Positions 8,670 through 18,799 of a DNA stretch of 64,000 bases are shown in pieces. This DNA comes from Eubacteriales bacterium (GTDB lineage Bacteria > Bacillota > Clostridia > Oscillospirales > CAG-272), in assembly GCA_045645405.1 (NCBI GenBank), contig JAZRIQ010000044.1, forward strand, positions 12,152-76,151, read 5' to 3'. The position numbers and the translations under genes are program-made. Within the stretch, counting starts at the first letter, position 1. The number at the start of each line of letters is the position of its first letter. A model generated the notes under the pieces. It ran no database searches. It worked only from the letters and a program-made list of their open reading frames with translations, and had not been told where the DNA came from.

Positions 8670-9878
8670 TTAAACCGGTTCGCCGAAGGTATCGGGATGA
8701 CTTGCATCAAATTCCTCGTTTGCGTACATTACGGTTACAAGATCCTCTGTTTCGGAAAGGTTTATTATATTGTGAGTATAGCCCGGAAGCATATAAATCG
8801 CCTCAATTTTATCACCGCTCACCTCAAAATTAAGCACCTCGTCAGAGCCGATTTTGCGCATCTGTATAAGTCCGTGTCCCCTTACAACTATAAAAATCTC
8901 CCATTTTGAGTTGTGCCAATGCTGTCCCTTCGTTATGGACGGCTTTGATATGTTTACGGATACCTGCCCGCAGTTTTTCATCTTGATAAGCTCTGTAAAG
9001 CTTCCTCTTGCGTCCACGTTCATTTTAAGCGGGAATGAGGCTTTTTCTTTAGGCAAATACGATAAATAGGTGGAATAAAGCTTCTTTGCAAAGGAGTTTT
9101 TCGGTATTTCGGGGAGCATAAGGGTGCTTGGCTGATTTTTAAATTGGTTGAGCAAGTCAACGATTTCTCCAAGCGTTACCTTATGTGTGATTGGAGCGAC
9201 ACAGTACCGTCCGTTTTCGCAAATAACGGGGTTTAATCCGTCATATTCACAGCGATGCTCCTTGCCCTCAAGGGCGTTTAGCATTTCTTCCACAAGGTCG
9301 TCAATATAGAGAAGCTCCAGCATTACGCTTGGGTCGTTTACCTGAATTGGCAAATCGTTTGCAATATTGTTACAGAAGGTGGCAACTGCGCTATTATAGT
9401 TGGGTCTTGACCATTTTCCAAACAAATTCGGGAAACGGTAAACGAGAACCTTTGCCCCTGTTTCCTTTCCGTAGTTGAAAATAAGCTCCTCGCCTGCCAG
9501 CTTGCTTTTTCCATAATCGGACTCCCCATATCTGCCGATAAGGGTAGCCTGAACGGATGAGGAAATCATAACGGGACATTTGTTTTTGCTTGCCTTAAGA
9601 CATTCAAGAAGCCTTGAGGCAAAGCCAAAATTGCCCTCCATAAATTCCTTTTCATCCTTCGGTCTGTTTACGCCTGCAAGATTAAATACAAAATCTGCCG
9701 AGGACGCGTACAAATCAAGATACTCCTTTGGGGTATCTATATCGTATTCGTATATTTCGTCGATTACTATACTTCTTGTTCTGTCCTTGCCCTCTTTGAT
9801 ATTTTTAAGAGATTGACACAGATTTTTACCAACGAAGCCATAAGCTCCTGTTACAAGTATTTTCATTTTATTCCTCAA
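8670..9878 (-). CDS. fnlB: CapF/FnlB-type bifunctional reductase/epimerase (N-terminal SDR, C-terminal cupin)
   Basis: 402 aa. N-terminus MKILVTGAYGFVGKNL is a Rossmann motif. The C-terminal part is cupin-like (GQHWHNSKWEIFIVVRGHG). It lies between CapE-like and Cap5G-like genes. Confidence 0.75.
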   Translation of the reverse strand: MRNKMKILVTGAYGFVGKNLCQSLKNIKEGKDRTRSIVIDEIYEYDIDTPKEYLDLYASSADFVFNLAGVNRPKDEKEFMEGNFGFASRLLECLKASKNKCPVMISSSVQATLIGRYGESDYGKSKLAGEELIFNYGKETGAKVLVYRFPNLFGKWSRPNYNSAVATFCNNIANDLPIQVNDPSVMLELLYIDDLVEEMLNALEGKEHRCEYDGLNPVICENGRYCVAPITHKVTLGEIVDLLNQFKNQPSTLMLPEIPKNSFAKKLYSTYLSYLPKEKASFPLKMNVDARGSFTELIKMKNCGQVSVNISKPSITKGQHWHNSKWEIFIVVRGHGLIQMRKIGSDEVLNFEVSGDKIEAIYMLPGYTHNIINLSETEDLVTVMYANEEFDASHPDTFGEPV

Positions 9879-11049
9879 AATTAAAATCTAATCCGACAAA
9901 GTCAAGCTCTGCTTGACATTCGTCTATATTTTCTTCGTTTATTTCGTCCAATTTTTCGTTAATTATTTTGATTTTTTTGCGTTTAAAAATCAAAGCAATC
10001 AAAATGCGCCAAATCCACAAAAACGGAAGCATTATCGGGCATTTTTTAAGCCACGGATAAATAAGGCACATATTTTTGTATTTTGGAAAAAGAAGCCTTG
10101 TGTATTTTTTCTTTTTAGCGTTTTTGGCATCGCTTCCCTTGGATAGCTTCAACGCCTCGGATTTTAAGCCTGCAAGTCTTGTTCCGTAAACTCCGCTTTC
10201 AAAAATTTTTGCGGTTATAAATTCGGAAACCTCGTCACATTCTGCATCTCTAAACCATACGTCAAGTGTCTTTTTCACGTTATGATAGAACTTCAAAAGC
10301 CCTAATTTTTCAAAAACGGAATACACGTATTCCATATTCAAATCGGGATACGACTCTAAAAACAGGTAGATATCCGTCAAATGCTTAATTCCGATTCCCG
10401 CATCTCTGTAATGCTTGGAAAGATGAGTAAAGAGGTATATAAACTCATCCTCCAAATTCATTACGTACTCGCAGTTGACGTCATTCTTTCTGTGAGCCAG
10501 GTTCCAGCCGTCTTTAAAGTACGCGTAAAAATCCTTTTGATAAGACGCAATTATTCTTTTATGTAGCTCAAGAGGTAAAATATCCCCCTTCCAAATCCAC
10601 TCGTGGTCGCTGCTTTGAATATAGGTATATCCAAGTGTCGGAAGCAAATTTTCAAGCTGCTCCATTTGATTTTCGCGAATGAGAATATCCGCATCGCTCA
10701 TTATACGCATTTCGCCTTGGGGATACAGTCTTTTGATAATAGAGCCCTTCAGCTTCAAATATTCTATTCCGTTTTTATCAAACTCCTTGCATACACGGTC
10801 AATTTCCAGCATCTGATTTTCACTTACAGCAGTTAACGACATAGTTGCTAAAAGCATTTTCCCGTCAACGTCGCTGCAAACAAACTTAGGATTGTTAGCT
10901 CCTCCGTAGTAAAGAAGCGGTAAAATTTGATGCTTTTTGCCGAATTCATACACTGCCGAATAGTCAAAATCCTCAGGGAGTGGCTTGTTTTCGCCCTTTA
11001 GTCCGTTATTTATTAAGGTAATAATACCCGTTTCAAAGCTTGATAGCAT
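9868..11049 (-). CDS. Uncharacterised nucleotidyltransferase-family protein (NTP_transf_5-like)
   Basis: 393 aa. The IMSDADILI and LELHKRI regions resemble the uncharacterised nucleotidyltransferase family. It shares 1 nt with fnlA at its start and overlaps fnlB by 11 nt at its end. Confidence 0.45.
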   Translation of the reverse strand: MLSSFETGIITLINNGLKGENKPLPEDFDYSAVYEFGKKHQILPLLYYGGANNPKFVCSDVDGKMLLATMSLTAVSENQMLEIDRVCKEFDKNGIEYLKLKGSIIKRLYPQGEMRIMSDADILIRENQMEQLENLLPTLGYTYIQSSDHEWIWKGDILPLELHKRIIASYQKDFYAYFKDGWNLAHRKNDVNCEYVMNLEDEFIYLFTHLSKHYRDAGIGIKHLTDIYLFLESYPDLNMEYVYSVFEKLGLLKFYHNVKKTLDVWFRDAECDEVSEFITAKIFESGVYGTRLAGLKSEALKLSKGSDAKNAKKKKYTRLLFPKYKNMCLIYPWLKKCPIMLPFLWIWRILIALIFKRKKIKIINEKLDEINEENIDECQAELDFVGLDFNFEE

Positions 11050-12104
11050 TATTTTGCGTCCTTTTCAAGTTCTTCTCTGATGTATGACAAGGAGAGTAGC
11101 TTTTCCTTAACACCGTCAATATCTAATCTTGTTGTATTATTTGAGTTAAATTCGGTTAAGGTATTTCTCTTTTTATCACCGTCTTTAACGTATTTATCAT
11201 AGTTAAGTCCGCGCTTATCAGAAGGTACACGGTAGAAATTGCCCATATCAATAGCGTTTGCGCACTCCTCGTTTGTAAGAAGAGTTTCGTACATTTTTTC
11301 GCCGTGACGGATACCGATAACCTTGATTTCGCTTCTGTTATCCTTATCAAAAAGCTCCATTACAGCCTTTGCCTGTGTTTCAATTGTGCAAGCAGGCGCT
11401 TTTTGAACGAGAATATCACCGCTCGTACCATGCTCGAAGGCGAAAAGCACAAGGTCAACAGCCTCGTCAAGGGACATAATAAAGCGCGTCATTGTTGGGT
11501 CTGTTATAGTAATTGGCTTACCTTGGCGGATTTGATCAATCCAAAGAGGAATAACCGAGCCGCGGGAGCACATTACGTTGCCGTATCTTGTACAGCAAAT
11601 TTTTGTCTTTGCAGGGTCAACTGTTCTTGACTTGGCAACAATAACCTTCTCCATCATAGCCTTGGATGTCCCCATAGCGTTTACAGGATATGCAGCCTTG
11701 TCCGTTGAAAGACAAATAACTGTTTTTACGCCCTCCTCGATAGCGGCGGTAAGCACGTTATCAGTACCAAGCACGTTGGTTTTTACTGCTTCGATTGGGA
11801 AAAACTCGCAGGACGGCACTTGCTTTAAAGCCGCCGCGTGAAATATGTAATCAACACCGTGCATAGCGTTCTTTACGCTGGCAAGGTCTCTTACGTCGCC
11901 TATGTAAAATTTAATTTTCTCTGCAACCTCGGGCATTTTAGCCTGAAATTCGTGACGCATATCGTCCTGCTTCTTCTCATCACGGGAGAAAACGCGGATT
12001 TCTCCGATATCCGTTCTTAAAAATCTGTTAAGCACAGCATTACCGAATGAGCCTGTGCCGCCCGTAATCATTAGCGTTTTACCGCAAAAAATTGACTTTT
12101 CCAT
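11049..12104 (-). CDS. fnlA: UDP-GlcNAc 4,6-dehydratase/5-epimerase, CapE/FnlA type
   Basis: 351 aa. N-terminus GKTLMITGGTGSFGNAVLNRFL. Also has FHAAALKQVP and CLSTDKAAYPVNAMGTSKAMMEK, which carry the polysaccharide dehydratase catalytic motifs. Confidence 0.82.
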   Translation of the reverse strand: MEKSIFCGKTLMITGGTGSFGNAVLNRFLRTDIGEIRVFSRDEKKQDDMRHEFQAKMPEVAEKIKFYIGDVRDLASVKNAMHGVDYIFHAAALKQVPSCEFFPIEAVKTNVLGTDNVLTAAIEEGVKTVICLSTDKAAYPVNAMGTSKAMMEKVIVAKSRTVDPAKTKICCTRYGNVMCSRGSVIPLWIDQIRQGKPITITDPTMTRFIMSLDEAVDLVLFAFEHGTSGDILVQKAPACTIETQAKAVMELFDKDNRSEIKVIGIRHGEKMYETLLTNEECANAIDMGNFYRVPSDKRGLNYDKYVKDGDKKRNTLTEFNSNNTTRLDIDGVKEKLLSLSYIREELEKDAK

Positions 12105-12126
12105 TTTATACCTCTTTAGCTTGTCC

Positions 12127-12555
12127 TTATTTTTTCAGTTCTTTATTCAATATTTCCGTTATAATTGTTGACGATGTTCCGTCAGTGTGAGGCAGATATA
12201 CTATATCTACTCCGCAAGCCTTAAATTCCTCTTCGAACTTGTTCCACTGAGGCGTTCCTTGCCAGTCGCTGCCAACAAACATAGCGTCAAACTTGTATTT
12301 TTCGTAGGCTTCCATTTTGTTTTTATTAATTTGTGGCACTACCATATCAACGTATCTTATGGCTTCAACTATTTTGGCGCGTTCTTCAAATGGAATTACG
12401 GGAGTTTTATTTTTTTCTTTTCTTACAAGCTCGTCCGTGCTTACGCCCACTATAAGAAAATCGCAATATTCCTTTGCATTTTTTATTACGTTAAGATGAC
12501 CTATGTGAAATAAATCATAAACGCCCGTCGTATATCCTATTTTGTATTTTTTCAT
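12127..12555 (-). CDS. tagD: Glycerol-3-phosphate cytidylyltransferase-like (TagD family)
   Basis: 142 aa. GVYDLFHIGHLNVIKNAK carries the HxGH motif, and a C-terminal TDGTSST motif is present. Confidence 0.75.
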   Translation of the reverse strand: MKKYKIGYTTGVYDLFHIGHLNVIKNAKEYCDFLIVGVSTDELVRKEKNKTPVIPFEERAKIVEAIRYVDMVVPQINKNKMEAYEKYKFDAMFVGSDWQGTPQWNKFEEEFKACGVDIVYLPHTDGTSSTIITEILNKELKK

Positions 12556-13379
12556 TGCTCTACCTCATTCAAAGCTGTCGTGTCAAAGCATACTTGCTCG
12601 GGCTTATGCGTAACTCTTTTCTCCACAGGCGGAAGCTCCATATAATTATCCCCGTAAAGTCTATTTAGAAAATAATGCCTCTCTCCAAGCGTATTATACA
12701 TTTTTCCTTCAAATTCGACCTCACTTGACGGCTCAAATTTGGATTTGTGAATAGTCTGCTTTACCGTGTTATAATTGCTACCGTAATTTATATAATACTC
12801 ACAGCTATCATCGCCGTTATATTTAGTCATAAGCTTTAGTCGATGTTTATCTAGCGTCTTTATTGAAAACGGTGCAAAAAAAAGCGCAACAAGCCTTGAC
12901 TTTAAGCTGAATTTAACGTTAAGCTTTCGCTTTATGTAAATAATCGTAGATAACGCCTTTATTCGTTTTGTAAGAAAGCGTTGCTTTCTGCTGTTTTCAC
13001 AGGGAGCGTTATCAAGAGGAAAAATATCTACGTATATTCCCTTTGGAGCGTCAATGGTACTTACATTTTTTTCATCGAAAATCGTGTTCTTTTTTCTAAC
13101 CTTAGCAAAAATAAGCCAATATTTATTATCACAGTTGATATCGTGCAAATAATATTTTTCATCAAGCTCGCTTTTACAAAGCTGACGAAATTTATCATAA
13201 TCAGCTCGTGGCATAACGATATCAAGGTCATCATCCCAAGGAATAAAACCCTTGTGTCTTACTGCTCCCAAAAGCGTTCCGCCGATAAGATAGTATTTCA
13301 AGTCGTGCTTCTGACAAATTCTTACTATTTCATCTAATATTTCTACCTCAGTTTTATGAAGCTGCTCCAAATATTCCAT
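12552..13379 (-). CDS. LicD-family phosphotransferase
   Basis: 275 aa. YYLIGGTLLGAVRHKGFIPWDDDLDIVMPRADY is the LicD signature. The C-terminus has YMELPPVEKRVTH. Confidence 0.8.
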   Translation of the reverse strand: MEYLEQLHKTEVEILDEIVRICQKHDLKYYLIGGTLLGAVRHKGFIPWDDDLDIVMPRADYDKFRQLCKSELDEKYYLHDINCDNKYWLIFAKVRKKNTIFDEKNVSTIDAPKGIYVDIFPLDNAPCENSRKQRFLTKRIKALSTIIYIKRKLNVKFSLKSRLVALFFAPFSIKTLDKHRLKLMTKYNGDDSCEYYINYGSNYNTVKQTIHKSKFEPSSEVEFEGKMYNTLGERHYFLNRLYGDNYMELPPVEKRVTHKPEQVCFDTTALNEVEQ

Positions 13380-13400
13380 ATTATACCTTTCTTAAAGTGT

Positions 13401-14420
13401 TTATCTGTTACCGTACATTCTGTCGTAGTAGTTTTTATATTCTCCGGAAATGATAGTTTCCCACCATTCCTTATTTTCTAAATACCACTTAATTGTAAGC
13501 TCAATTCCGTCTGCAAATTTTGTTTCGGGAAGCCAGCCAAGCTCCCTGTGGATTTTAGTAGGATCAATAGCGTAACGCATATCGTGTCCCTTTCTGTCTG
13601 CCACGTAGGTAATTAAGCTTTCGGGCTTGCCAAGCTTTTTGCAAATCAGCTTTACGATGTCGATGTTTGCCATTTCGTTATGACCGCCAACGTTGTAAAC
13701 CTCACCGATTTTACCGTTATGTATAATCAAATCAATAGCCTTACAGTGGTCGGTTACGTATAGCCAGTCACGAACGTTTTCACCTGTTCCGTAAACAGGA
13801 AGCGGCTTATCGTTAAGCGCGTTTGCAATCATTAAAGGGATAAGCTTTTCAGGAAAATGGTAAGGACCGTAATTGTTTGAGCAACGGCTTATAGTTACGG
13901 GTAAGCCGAAGGTTCTGTGATATGCCAAAACGAGAAGATCAGCGCCCGCCTTAGATGAGCTATACGGTGAGCTTGTGTGAATAGGTGTTTCCTCAGTAAA
14001 GAAAAGGTCGGGACGGTCAAGGGGTAAATCTCCGTAAACCTCGTCTGTTGAAACCTGGTGATAACGGATATTACCGTATTTACGGCAAGCGTCCATTAAA
14101 ACCTGTGTTCCGAGAATATTCGTTTGTAAGAAAACCTCGGGATTTTCAATAGAACGGTCAACGTGGCTCTCTGCCGCAAAGTTTACAACCACATTGGGCT
14201 TTTCGTTCTCGAAAATCTCGTAAATACCTGCTCTGTCGCAGATATTGGTCTTGTAGAACTTAAAATTAGGATTTTCCATAGCGTCCTTAAGAGTTGACAT
14301 ATTGCCTGCATAAGTAAGACAGTCAACGCAAACCACCTTGTAATCCTTATATTTTTCCAGTATATGATAAACGAAGTTTGAGCCTATAAAGCCTGCTCCG
14401 CCGGTTACTAATATCGTCAT
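13401..14420 (-). CDS. rfbB: dTDP-glucose 4,6-dehydratase
   Basis: 339 aa. Motifs ILVTGGAGFIGSNF, YSSSKAGADLL and the HVDRS region. Confidence 0.9.
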   Translation of the reverse strand: MTILVTGGAGFIGSNFVYHILEKYKDYKVVCVDCLTYAGNMSTLKDAMENPNFKFYKTNICDRAGIYEIFENEKPNVVVNFAAESHVDRSIENPEVFLQTNILGTQVLMDACRKYGNIRYHQVSTDEVYGDLPLDRPDLFFTEETPIHTSSPYSSSKAGADLLVLAYHRTFGLPVTISRCSNNYGPYHFPEKLIPLMIANALNDKPLPVYGTGENVRDWLYVTDHCKAIDLIIHNGKIGEVYNVGGHNEMANIDIVKLICKKLGKPESLITYVADRKGHDMRYAIDPTKIHRELGWLPETKFADGIELTIKWYLENKEWWETIISGEYKNYYDRMYGNR

Positions 14421-15293
14421 TTATTTGCCCTCCTTGGCTATTGAAATAAGATACTGTCCGTATTCTGTCATTTTTAGTCTTTCACCTATTTGTAAAAGCT
14501 GTTCTGCTGTTATAAAACCGCGTCTGTACGCAATTTCCTCAATGCAGGATATGTAAAAGCCCTGGCATTCCTGTACTATTTGTACGAATTCCGACGCCTT
14601 AAGCATTCCCTCCGGTGTTCCCGTATCAAGCCAAGCCATACCTCTGCCAAAAAGCGTTACGTTTAATTCGCCCATTTCAAGATAAGCGTTATTCACCGCT
14701 GTAATTTCGATTTCTCCTCTTGCTGAGGGCTTTACGTTCTTTGCAATTTCAACTACTCTGTTATCATAGAAATAAAGTCCCGGAACCGCATAGCTTGACT
14801 TTGGCTCCTTTGGCTTTTCCTCAATGGAAACAACCTTATGATTTTCATCAAATTCAACAACACCAAACGCTCTTGGGTCCTTTACAGGATAGCCGAAAAT
14901 TGTAGCTCCTGTCTTATTTCCCATAGCGTTTTGAAGCGTTTTCGTAAGGTTAGGACCGTAGAATACGTTATCGCCAAGAACAAGACATACGCTGTCATCG
15001 CCGATAAACTCCTCACCTAAAATGAACGCATCTGCAAGTCCTCTTGGAGTTGCCTGTACCTTATACTGAATTGAAATGCCGATTTCCTCACCTGTACCGA
15101 GCAATTTTTCATACACAGGAGTATCCTCAGGTGTGGAAATTATCAAGATTTCTCTTATTCCCGCAAGCAATAGAATTGATAGCGGATAATAAACAAGTGG
15201 CTTATCATAAATTGGTAAAAGCTGCTTAGAAACTGCCTTCGTCATTGGATAAAGTCTCGTTCCCTTACCGCCTGCTAAAATTATACCTTTCAC
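14421..15293 (-). CDS. rfbA: Glucose-1-phosphate thymidylyltransferase
   Basis: 290 aa. N-terminus [18 protein letters not shown], and LGDNVFYG is present. Confidence 0.9.
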   Translation of the reverse strand: MKGIILAGGKGTRLYPMTKAVSKQLLPIYDKPLVYYPLSILLLAGIREILIISTPEDTPVYEKLLGTGEEIGISIQYKVQATPRGLADAFILGEEFIGDDSVCLVLGDNVFYGPNLTKTLQNAMGNKTGATIFGYPVKDPRAFGVVEFDENHKVVSIEEKPKEPKSSYAVPGLYFYDNRVVEIAKNVKPSARGEIEITAVNNAYLEMGELNVTLFGRGMAWLDTGTPEGMLKASEFVQIVQECQGFYISCIEEIAYRRGFITAEQLLQIGERLKMTEYGQYLISIAKEGK

Positions 15294-15317
15294 TTTTTAT
15301 CTCCTTGTTATGCTAAA

Positions 15318-16424
15318 TTACTTTAGTATGATATCACAAATATAGTCAACCTCTTCCACTGTTAAGTCAGCAAACATAGGTAGAGTTAGCACTGTTTCAG
15401 CTGCGTGCTTTGCTACTGGTGTGTTTTCTACAGAGTATCCGTAGTCCTTCGCATAGCATTCAAGCTCGTTTGTAAGTGGGTAAAAATACTTTCTTGCAAA
15501 AACCTTGTTTTCTGCTAGCTTAGCTTGAACTTGGTTTCTGTCTAGCTTATAGCCATCGAAAAATACAGGGAAGTATGAATAATTTTGTGTAACGCCCTTT
15601 TGTGGAGCAATCAATTTAATGCCATCAACATTTGATAGTCTTTCTACATATCTTTCTGCTGCAAGTCTTCTCTTTGAAATTTCATCATCAATGTGGCGAA
15701 GATTGCAAATACCCATAGCTGCCTCGTATTCATTCATTCTTGCATTTGTGCTTACATAAGCAACTGACTCATGACTTGTAAAGCCAAAGTTTGTTAGCTG
15801 GTCAACCTTTGAGTAAACATTCTTATCCTTAAATGCAGTAATTCCACCCTCGATTGTATGGAAAACCTTTGTTGCATGACAGCTAAACATAGCTGCATCT
15901 CCAAAATTAGCAACGCCCTTGCCATCAATAGTTACGCCAAATGCGTGAGCTGCATCATAAATTACCTTTAAATTGTGCTTGTCTGCAATCTCTTGGATTT
16001 TCTTAACATCACATACATAGCCATATACATGTGTTGCAACAATAGCACAGGTTTTATCTGTGATTAGCTCCTCTATTTTAGAAGCATCAATAGTGTAATC
16101 TGTATCGTTAATATCACAGAAAACAGGGATTAAGCCGTTTCTTGCGATCGCGTGAGTTGTGGAGCAGTGTGTGTATGGAGTTGTAATAACCTCACTACCC
16201 TTTTCAAAGCCGAATGCATCAATTGCAACCTCTAGGGCAACATGTCCATTTGCGAATAGAGCTACATTTTCAGTATCTAAATACTTTTGTAGCATTTCTT
16301 CAAATTCTCTGTGCTTCATTCCTCTGTTTGAAAGCCATCTAGAATCCCAAAGGCTTTTTATTTCCTCGCAATACTCCTCGTATGTTGGCATTGATGATCT
16401 TGTTACATTAATTTGCTTGTTCAT
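15318..16424 (-). CDS. DegT/DnrJ/EryC1/StrS-family PLP-dependent sugar aminotransferase
   Basis: 368 aa. Contains DAAHAFG and SCHATKVFHTIEGG, the latter holding the PLP lysine context. Confidence 0.8.
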   Translation of the reverse strand: MNKQINVTRSSMPTYEEYCEEIKSLWDSRWLSNRGMKHREFEEMLQKYLDTENVALFANGHVALEVAIDAFGFEKGSEVITTPYTHCSTTHAIARNGLIPVFCDINDTDYTIDASKIEELITDKTCAIVATHVYGYVCDVKKIQEIADKHNLKVIYDAAHAFGVTIDGKGVANFGDAAMFSCHATKVFHTIEGGITAFKDKNVYSKVDQLTNFGFTSHESVAYVSTNARMNEYEAAMGICNLRHIDDEISKRRLAAERYVERLSNVDGIKLIAPQKGVTQNYSYFPVFFDGYKLDRNQVQAKLAENKVFARKYFYPLTNELECYAKDYGYSVENTPVAKHAAETVLTLPMFADLTVEEVDYICDIILK

Positions 16425-16456
16425 TTCTTTTTTCTCCTGTTATTTTTTGTCTTGAA

Positions 16457-16999
16457 TTAAAAATTGCAATCTGAATCCTGAAGCTTTGGTGCGTTTTTAT
16501 CCTTGTCAGATAACACAAGCTCATCAAAGCCCCAATCAATATTGATTGTTTTATCTAAAGGGCTGATAGAGCGATCACAGCTTGGCTCATATAAGCTATC
16601 TACTAAATATTCTATTTCTGAATTTTCTGTTAGGCTAATAACTGCATGAGCAAATCCCTTTGGAATAAATAGCTGTTTTTTGTTTTCTTCTGTTAATTCT
16701 ACACAAGCATATTGTAAATATGTTGGCGAGGATTTTCTTAAATCAATGGCATAATCCCTAACTCTTCCCTTTGTGCAACGCACTAGCTTTGCTTGTGCAT
16801 GGGGGTTGTTTTGAAAATGTATGCCTCTTACAGTGCCAGGCTTTAATGAAAATGCGCAATTTTCCTGAACAGGCTTAAAGTCTATTCCGTTCTTTTCAAG
16901 CTCTCTTACACTAAAAACCTCGTTAAATGAGCCTCTATCATCACAAAAAACTCGTGGCTCAATAAGCTTTACCTCTTTAATGTTAGTATCAAATATCAT
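16457..16999 (-). CDS. rfbC: dTDP-4-dehydrorhamnose 3,5-epimerase-like (RmlC cupin)
   Basis: 180 aa. Motifs DDRGSFNEVF, VRGIHFQ and IPKGFAHA. No rfbD is present in the window. Confidence 0.7.
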   Translation of the reverse strand: MIFDTNIKEVKLIEPRVFCDDRGSFNEVFSVRELEKNGIDFKPVQENCAFSLKPGTVRGIHFQNNPHAQAKLVRCTKGRVRDYAIDLRKSSPTYLQYACVELTEENKKQLFIPKGFAHAVISLTENSEIEYLVDSLYEPSCDRSISPLDKTINIDWGFDELVLSDKDKNAPKLQDSDCNF

Positions 17000-17042
17000 T
17001 TTTTCTCGTTTTCCTTTTGCATTTACTATATGCTTTAGTTAT

Positions 17043-17390
17043 TTATTTAACATCTTTGCTTTCATCAATTTTTGAAGCTTCATCATTTACTTTGCTATTT
17101 TCTTGGTTGCTTTCGCTGTTATCATTTTTCTTTTTCATCCAAGAAGGAAGGCTAAATGTGATACGCTTGCCAATATACATAGCTACTATACCAACGATAA
17201 CAGCAAAGGCTGACAATACTGCTACCCAAGGATAATATTGCTTGTATATAAATACAGACATATTAGCACCGAAATCTCCACCTATAATTATTGCTATTAT
17301 AAACGGAATAACAGGTAAGCAGCCTGCAAAAAGCGATACAAGTATGGCTATGCCGTATATTTTGTTTAAAACATTATATATTTTTTCTTT
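17043..17390 (-). CDS. Small membrane protein with a charged C-terminal tail
   Basis: The ORF track starts at 17435. I prefer the internal ATG (MKEKIYNV) because AAGAGG lies 7 nt upstream and this start avoids overlapping the upstream gene. It has about 3 TM segments. Confidence 0.4.
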   Translation of the reverse strand, partial: KEKIYNVLNKIYGIAILVSLFAGCLPVIPFIIAIIIGGDFGANMSVFIYKQYYPWVAVLSAFAVIVGIVAMYIGKRITFSLPSWMKKKNDNSESNQENSKVNDEASKIDESKDVK

Positions 17391-17403
17391 CATAAGCAAC
17401 CTC

Positions 17404-18792
17404 TTATACCAATCCAAACAGTAAATACTGTCCAAATAAAATCATTATAACTGAAAGTATATAATGTATTGATATCCACACACCGCAGTTTACTAACGTT
17501 GGCTTTGTTTCCGATTCTGCTATACCCATAGCGGTATATACGCAAGCGCAATACGGTGGAGTAACACCGTGCATAGCTCCGCAGATGCAAGGGAGCATAG
17601 CGGCAGCAAGAAGAGGACTTCCGCCCGCTCCGGCGATAATAGTAATAACAATTCCGCCGAAAATTTTCACCTGCGTTGAGCCCGGTAAAAGCATACCTAA
17701 AACCGCCATAAATAACGGCAAAATAAGAGCTAATGCCCAAAGTGGCATATTCATATTGTCAAAAACCTCTTTTACCGCGCCGTTTATATCCGTATCAGCT
17801 AAAACATTACTTACAAAGTAAGCGAACATAACAAGCGCAGAGGTTGGAACAACACTCTTCATACCCTTACAAGCAGCTTCGAGCATAAACTTCGGTGTCA
17901 TTTTTTTCATTGTTTCCTTGCCTGAAAGCAAAATACCGAAAATTACTATAAGGGCAGGAATAATAAGAATTATAGAGTCATTAAGCGCTTTTGTTCCGTT
18001 TACAACAACTTCATTTGTTACTTTATCAACAATGTTAAGTCTTGATTGGAAGAACTTTTCGAACACGCTTGTCATAAGAAACGGTGCAAATACAATCACC
18101 GGTAAGAATATTGCGCGCCAGCCCTTTTTCAAGGTTTCTTTGAAACTCGGCAGGTCCTCTTTTTTCATTGGTTCAACCTTGTAATAGCGACACATCAAAT
18201 AAAGAGTAATTATACGCTGAACAATAAACCAAATGGCAAGAATCCAAAGAACTATCCAATATTGAGAATATGAATATTGATTAGGGTATAGCCCGTCAAG
18301 CGCCGCAAAAGCAATTGCAATCATTCCGGCAGGAGGTATCATATTTCCCATTGTGCTTGCATGAGCCTCTACGTTTGCAGCCAAGTGAGGTGGGAATTTT
18401 GACCTCTTCATTGCAGGAATTGTAAATACACCTGTTGTTGCAACGTTACCGGGACCGCTTCCGGATAATGAGCCCATATAGGTTGAGCCGATTATAGCTA
18501 CGTAGCCGGCGCCGCCTCTTAATCTGCCAAATATAGATAATATCAAGGCTACACAATCATCAATTACCGTAGTTTTTGAAAGCAAGGATGCGGATACAAC
18601 AAATACTATAATTACATATAGACTTGGTTCTGTTAGGGCATCCCATAAATATTTGCCCAAGCTTGCCCACTTACCGCTTACGCATAAAAGCACAATAAAA
18701 GCAGCTAACATGCTTTCATGAAGCGGTCTTTTAATCACACAGAAGAATAATATTGCAACAGCAAATACTACTCCTAAATACAAAAATTCCAT
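17404..18792 (-). CDS. TRAP-transporter DctM-like large permease (orphan, with no DctP or DctQ seen)
   Basis: 462 aa polytopic protein. GSLSGSGPGNVATTGVFTIPAMKRSKFPPHLAANVEAHASTMGNMIPP aligns with the conserved DctM region. The C-terminal region LLPGSTQVKIFGG also fits. Confidence 0.6.
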   Translation of the reverse strand: MEFLYLGVVFAVAILFFCVIKRPLHESMLAAFIVLLCVSGKWASLGKYLWDALTEPSLYVIIVFVVSASLLSKTTVIDDCVALILSIFGRLRGGAGYVAIIGSTYMGSLSGSGPGNVATTGVFTIPAMKRSKFPPHLAANVEAHASTMGNMIPPAGMIAIAFAALDGLYPNQYSYSQYWIVLWILAIWFIVQRIITLYLMCRYYKVEPMKKEDLPSFKETLKKGWRAIFLPVIVFAPFLMTSVFEKFFQSRLNIVDKVTNEVVVNGTKALNDSIILIIPALIVIFGILLSGKETMKKMTPKFMLEAACKGMKSVVPTSALVMFAYFVSNVLADTDINGAVKEVFDNMNMPLWALALILPLFMAVLGMLLPGSTQVKIFGGIVITIIAGAGGSPLLAAAMLPCICGAMHGVTPPYCACVYTAMGIAESETKPTLVNCGVWISIHYILSVIMILFGQYLLFGLV

Positions 18793-18799
18793 TGTCAGA

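Noticed and set aside
8562-8909. Plus-strand ORFs 8562-8909 and 8621-8833 in the fnlB-fnlC junction
   Set aside because: They start inside the hairpin-array repeat and run antisense into the well-supported fnlB gene. They have no motifs and no SD.
17390-17740. 116-aa minus-strand ORF overlapping the DctM-like gene
   Set aside because: It is an alternative frame of a strongly supported polytopic permease gene, and its R/Y/C-rich composition is untypical of a real protein.
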